Assembly: GCF_006345805.1 (NCBI RefSeq)
Contig: NW_021826627.1
Location: forward strand, 1-12,673
Direction of reading: 5' to 3'
Source: Octopus sinensis
Taxonomy: Eukaryota
Length of the DNA stretch: 12,673 nucleotides
The translations under genes and the position numbers were made by a program. This document shows, piece after piece, positions 8,192 through 12,673 of this stretch; within the stretch, counting starts at the first letter, position 1; each line of letters opens with the position of its first letter. The notes beneath the pieces were generated by a model. The model ran no database searches and was not told the origin of the DNA. It saw nothing but the letters and a program-made list of their open reading frames with translations.

Positions 8192-9340
8192 TTCAATAAA
8201 AATGAAGGTTAGGGGCTATTGCTCATATAAAATCCATCTTATTTTCGGGACTATGTCGCTCAATACTTATCCGTTTGCTTATATCCTTTCTTTTATTTTT
8301 GTTTGGTCTCGCAGATCCCACCTCCATCGAATTCAACCTGCCTCAGCTGTGCCAAGTGTTCTTCCCTTCTCAATGCAGTAATTATCTCCATATATTCGGA
8401 TGTGAACAAATTAAGGAAATTTGTAGGGCGTTGTGAAATCCCTCTAAAAGGTTATTAGTGCGAGGCATATCCGATTCTGTTTTAAAGCGGACATTCCAAC
8501 TACCAATAGGAAACTAGGGAGAAGTCCTTTGTAGTCTGATTCCTTTACTTTGCACTCTTCTTAGGTACGATAATCCAAAGTAGGTCACAAGTTCTAGCAG
8601 GAGGATCATCGTCATCTACAAGATGTTCGACAATGGGAAACTAGGGAGAAGTCCTTCGTGGTCTCATTCCTTTACTTCACACTTATCATAGGTACGATAA
8701 TCTAAAGTAGGTCACAAGTTCTTGCGGAAGATCATCGTCATCTTCAAGATTTTCGACTCCGTCAATCTCATCATCGAGACGAAGAATTAGCAATGCTTAA
8801 AAACCTCTGATTTTAATGCTAAACTCATTATAACGATGGTATCTGTCCTTCAAGCCAAATTGACATGTTTTCTGTATATATTTTGTGATAGATGAAAAAG
8901 ACAGCATGAGATGGAAGTAGTAGGAAACAGATACAATGCTATTAATAAGAGCTTTTTCAAAATCCCTCATAAAATCTTCAGGGCTCAGTCTTTGGAGTAA
9001 TTCATTAGCTTATAAAAAAGGCGGCTGTAAGTTTATTTTTGGGTGGGGGTAATGCAAACAACTGCGGAACACTGAATAACCCCACCTGAATATGATGCAT
9101 GGATTTTGAAGCACATGAACAATGAGGATCTTCACCAATGTGCTGAATTATGGTATGATCTTCATCATGTATCCTAATGTGCACTCGAGCGTTACAGAAC
9201 ATAATTTCGAATTTCCTGTAAGTCTTAGATTCATCAGCGTTTTGTTTCTGTGCTTCATAATATGTAATTCATGTCATCCACAAGTCTCTTCCTTCCGCGG
9301 ATACTGTCAAAAACGTGAGGTATGGTGTAAGTATATTTCC
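8192..9340 (-). pseudogene. FLYWCH-MULE transposase remnant with multiple stops and frameshifts
   Basis: RGRKRLVDDMNYI...KTY(R)K(F)E..CNARVH...IIQHIGE (FLYWCH-like, ~9300-9120); HIQVGLFSVPQLFAL; MRDFEKA (D at 8964-8962); CCL(F)HLSQKIYRK; FPIGSWNV; MPRTNNLLEGFHNAL (E at 8444-8442); HPNIW; AIAPNLHFY* (stop 8194-8192). The 5' limit is approximate. Confidence 0.85.
8504..8756. repeat. 127-bp direct tandem duplication inside the MULE transposase
   Basis: 8504-8630 vs 8631-8756: 14 mismatches and 1 gap by manual alignment (~88% identity). Confidence 0.95.
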
Positions 9341-9580
9341 TTTATAAGTAACTTTTATATCCTTGTATGTTTGATAAATAATTTAACGAAGTATTTACAC
9401 GAACGCACGAGGCTTCCTGTTATACGAGGTTACACGGCTCACAGCGAACTGCTGATAACTCGACAGTTCTTTATTCATAGCAAATGTTGTGACAATTCAC
9501 TTTTAATCATATGGGAGTTGTCGGAATCCTTCCACAACAGTAACGAATGAGGCAAGGATGGATCACGGATAAACCTGTAA

Positions 9581-9706
9581 ACTCTTTAAATTAAACATCC
9601 GAATGGATAACTGAAAAGGTACTTTCAGTTAACTGAATTACTCTGTAAATAAATCAATCGAATAGGTGACTGAAATGATATTTTCAGTTTACCGAATTAC
9701 CTTGTA
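9581..9706. repeat. 59-bp tandem repeat (2 copies plus 8 nt), each unit carrying an ACTGAAA-N6-TTTCAGT palindrome
   Basis: 9581-9639 vs 9640-9698: 46/59 identical. Confidence 0.8.
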
Positions 9707-9707
9707 T

Positions 9708-9709
9708 AT

Positions 9710-9768
<59 letters not shown>

Positions 9769-9789
9769 GCAACAACAATAACAATAATC
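9708..9789. repeat. Compound microsatellite (CAT)6(CAG)12 grading into CAA/TAA
   Basis: Direct reading. Confidence 0.95.
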
Positions 9790-9870
9790 AGTAGAGCACT
9801 TAAAATGTGCAAACCTCCGCCGAGACAATACCAACATCCTCTCAACGATGAGCCAGAGATGATTTTTAGA

Positions 9871-9944
9871 ATGAGAATATCTGAAATAAACTCGACTGCT
9901 CTCACAAACGAGAATACTAAAAGTGAACTCGACCGCTCTCAAAA
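9871..9944. repeat. 37-bp degenerate tandem duplication
   Basis: atgagaatatctgaaataaactcgactgctctcacaa vs acgagaatactaaaagtgaactcgaccgctctcaaaa: 28/37 identical. Confidence 0.7.
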
Positions 9945-11010
9945 ATTAGATGGAGTAAGCAAATTAATGCTGAAAACGGCAGAATCCGCATACTTCGCCT
10001 CGATGAATGACTCTCACCTCTCTGACTCGTAAATAATTTATGGCACCAATTTATGAAAAGAAATGAGGCTCCAGAAATATATAACGCGTAACGTTATTGG
10101 ACCTTCGATCAAGCGCCCGCGCAACACTCAGCTGATCACAACACAGGGTTCAATAAATGTCCAATAATTTTATGATAGTTATTTTAACCATTCTCAACAG
10201 AGAAGCGTGGTGAGCTTTCAGAAACTAACTTAATGTTTCCAAATATACAATAATAGAAATTGGTCTCATTACACATCTATGACGTCCATATGTTCAGAAT
10301 ATTGCTATTGGTCAGAATTTTACTATTCGTCTAGGCATTATAGTGGAATATGCGAGGGAACAGCACTTCCCTTCTTGGAGCCCATAGCCAAGATGTGGAT
10401 GTAACTAATCCAGAATTTGATTCTTCGATAAACCTTGTGCTAACCATTACGGTTTATAATCTACTAGTTCCATTTATATGTTGTGTTTGTATAGGATTCA
10501 ACATCTTCGTGCAGTCACGTATTAAAGCTTGCTTGTCAGCCTGGACGTATTACAAATTGTCTGTTGTATGTCATATTTTCACAAGATTGTAAGTACTGCA
10601 ACTACGTGTGACAAGCACCCAATATAGGTTAAGTGTTGTATATTGAGGTAAGGCACAGATGTGTAGATGTCTGTAGATGTGTTTTTGAACATTGTGAACC
10701 TGCGGAGTTAGATTCATAACCAGGTTGTTCGTCATAGTGCTTGTAGTATATTGGGGGTCATCGTTGTAGAACCTATGGAGATTGTGGGCAATGGTATGGA
10801 GGAGGGGCCATATGAGGACCGAAAGGCAGAGAGAAACAGATCAAGGAGAAGTAAGTTATGGTGTGAAAAATAATGAAGAATGATTATGTTTGTGGTTCAC
10901 AATGAGAGAGAGAAAATATGTTAAACGAAACAGCGGAGATGAAAAACAATTATAAAATGTTGAACGTCTTTGCTGGATTAATTCTCCACGCGCAGGGAAG
11001 CAACATGTGA

Positions 11011-11130
11011 TATGGGAGAGAGAGAGAAGCATGGAGTGATGAGGGAAGTGTATGGGAGAGGCAAAGCTATAAGAGAGAGGAGAGAGAGAGAGAGAGAGAG
11101 AGAAGTAGCAAAAGAGATAGAGAGTGAGTG
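11011..11130. repeat. Purine-rich (GA)n microsatellite region, purest at ~11072-11102
   Basis: Direct reading. Confidence 0.9.
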
Positions 11131-11239
11131 AAGGAGAAATGTCATGGAGACAGATTTGTTTTCTTCACTGAAAGGAGAATAGAGAAAATATGTGTTCACA
11201 GATAATAACGAAGTGAGGAAATATATATTTTAAAACTTT

Positions 11240-11425
11240 TTCCTTTATTTCAGTCATGAGACTGCAGCCATGCTGGAGGAGGTGGAGGGCCCCTGGAATA
11301 AGTTTTAGTCGAACGAATTGACCCTAGTACTTTTTTCTCAGTATGGTGAAAATTGCCCAAAGTGCCATGTCACACGTTGAGACCAAGAAAAAAAATCGGA
11401 ATTATGCGGTTGGGAAGCAAACCTA
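11240..11425 (-). mobile_element. Degenerate SINE remnant, related core to the left-hand SINEs, opposite orientation
   Basis: The reverse complement of 11307-11331 (agtactagggtcaattcgttcgact) resembles 1085-1108 (agtactggggttgattaatggact). The motifs tttcagtcat.gactgc.gccatgctggag and ttgcccaaagtgcc...gcggttgggaagcaa match Octopus SINE sequence as I recall it. Boundaries are approximate. Confidence 0.6.
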
Positions 11426-12085
11426 ATATTAATGGTCTCAGACGAAATATGGGGAAAATGGGCTATGAAAATGAATAGCATTATATACAGATTAATTACA
11501 CAACGCAAAGGAAATAATCACACTGAATGGTTCTTATGCTGAACATGTCAAAGAGAGCTGTGTAGTACCCGTCGCACTAGACACACAGGTTAGAAAAGAC
11601 AGGTCACGCTAGTATGTATAGCATTTGAGAGATTTAAGAAACAGGATCTGGAGCTTGTAGGACATCAGCCAGGGTTGCATTGATAGGTTGCACATTTTTG
11701 TTTCTCTAATCAGGGTCTAGAAACACGTAAGTAAGAGGTTATAAAATGTGTTTAAAACTAAAGAGATATATAGTGAGACTGGCGTAATTGTATAAGAAAC
11801 GTTATTTACATGAATAAAACAGAACTGAAGTAGTCAGATGGAAGAGGGTGAAATGGTGCGACCATCTAATTAGAAGGAACTAAAAAATAATTCCTTATTT
11901 CAATCGATGTACCAAGACATCTAAAACCACAGGTCATGTAATAAGCAGTAGAAATGACAGAGCGCTGTTATGATACACGGCTACATACTTTTTAACAGCA
12001 ACAAGCAGAGCATAAAAGAAGGGCGTAGCGGTGTTCCGGCTGGCAGAGAGCGACAAATGATCCGGAAACAGAAGAGGCTAAAAAG

Positions 12086-12143
12086 CACACACATGCATAC
12101 ATACACACGCACGCACGCACACACACACACACACACACACACA
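12086..12143. repeat. (CA)n microsatellite with CATA/CACG variants
   Basis: Direct reading. Confidence 0.95.
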
Positions 12144-12673
12144 GACAGGACATGGGCTATTGGTTCGGTGCGTTTGTCCACGAGAAAAAACACTTCCAGT
12201 GCAGTCATCTGAGAAGAAATACCAGCAACAACAAGGGTTAAACTTGCAACAGACTGGCATCTCTTTTAGTGGGGGTGTCTTCTATCCCCGGGTGTGAAAT
12301 ATGTTGGATACGAGAGAGACTGCGGCCTAATGGGCCTGAATATCATGTAGAGAATATAACTAAGAAACTACTTCAATGAAGACTTTGAGGCGTACGCAGT
12401 CTCGTGTTAGTGTAACATTGATGGAGTGAAAGTAGACATGAACGTGAAGAAGACGAATCTGCGTCCGGTGCTTTGATTGGAATGTAGCTGTTTGTGAAAT
12501 GTGATACTGAACAATGACAGTTGAATGACCTGATAATACTAATTAGATAAATGATCGTAAATCTAATCAACTAATGAACATAACAATAATATAATTTTAA
12601 ATGAAAATGTAAAATTAAAATAACATATCTTAACTTTAGTGGAATGTTTAAAATAACAAATGGAATCATGCCT

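Larger units (their letters stand above)
8042..9340 (-). mobile_element. Degenerate, internally deleted Mutator-like (MULE) DNA transposon with an N-terminal FLYWCH domain
   Basis: See the transposase pseudogene entry. The left boundary is taken from the 15-bp repeat array; the right terminus was not identified. Confidence 0.8.

Noticed and set aside
9122-9550. 142-aa + strand ORF
   Set aside because: Largely antisense to the FLYWCH-like segment of the MULE fossil, with no recognisable features of its own.
9708-9789. Poly-His/poly-Gln coding tract
   Set aside because: The Gln frame terminates immediately (caa caa caa taa) and has no supporting upstream ORF or splice context; treated as a non-coding compound microsatellite.
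8042-9944. CRISPR-like array from the short direct repeats
   Set aside because: The repeats are contiguous and degenerate with no unique spacers, the context is eukaryotic, and there are no cas genes.
9805-10032. 75-aa ATG-initiated ORF
   Set aside because: No homology I recognise, and it contains a 37-bp (non-triplet) duplication.
10556-10570. caaattgtctgttg as the inverted partner of the MULE end at ~8037-8050
   Set aside because: Only a 12/14 match without the rest of the 15-bp ladder; compatible with chance.
10350-12570. Short ORFs in the right end (10350-10592, 10978-11199, 11970-12260, 12373-12570)
   Set aside because: 60-80 aa with no motifs; several run through GA or CA microsatellites.

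Overview
This is AT-rich, microsatellite-dense eukaryotic DNA made almost entirely of transposable-element material. I can support no host protein-coding exon, RNA gene or CRISPR array. The SINEs resemble those I recall from Octopus (coleoid cephalopod) genomes, so the taxon is an inference. Left half: three + strand tRNA-derived SINE copies, then a head-to-tail train of minus-strand, 5'-truncated R4/Dong-like non-LTR retrotransposons (RT + CCHC + restriction-like endonuclease). The train has two distinct families (1437-3268, 3380-4944) and a 100-bp island (4972-5071), each bounded on both sides by (TAA)n, and it runs into a ~1.43 kb degenerate ATT/ATC array. Right half: a decayed Penelope-like element (RT thumb + GIY-YIG) with an inverted partial second copy, an internally deleted FLYWCH-MULE (Mutator-like) transposon with a 127-bp internal duplication and 15-bp terminal repeats, small tandem/palindromic repeats, one more SINE remnant and several microsatellites. 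Most ORFs in the supplied track are microsatellite or antisense artefacts.
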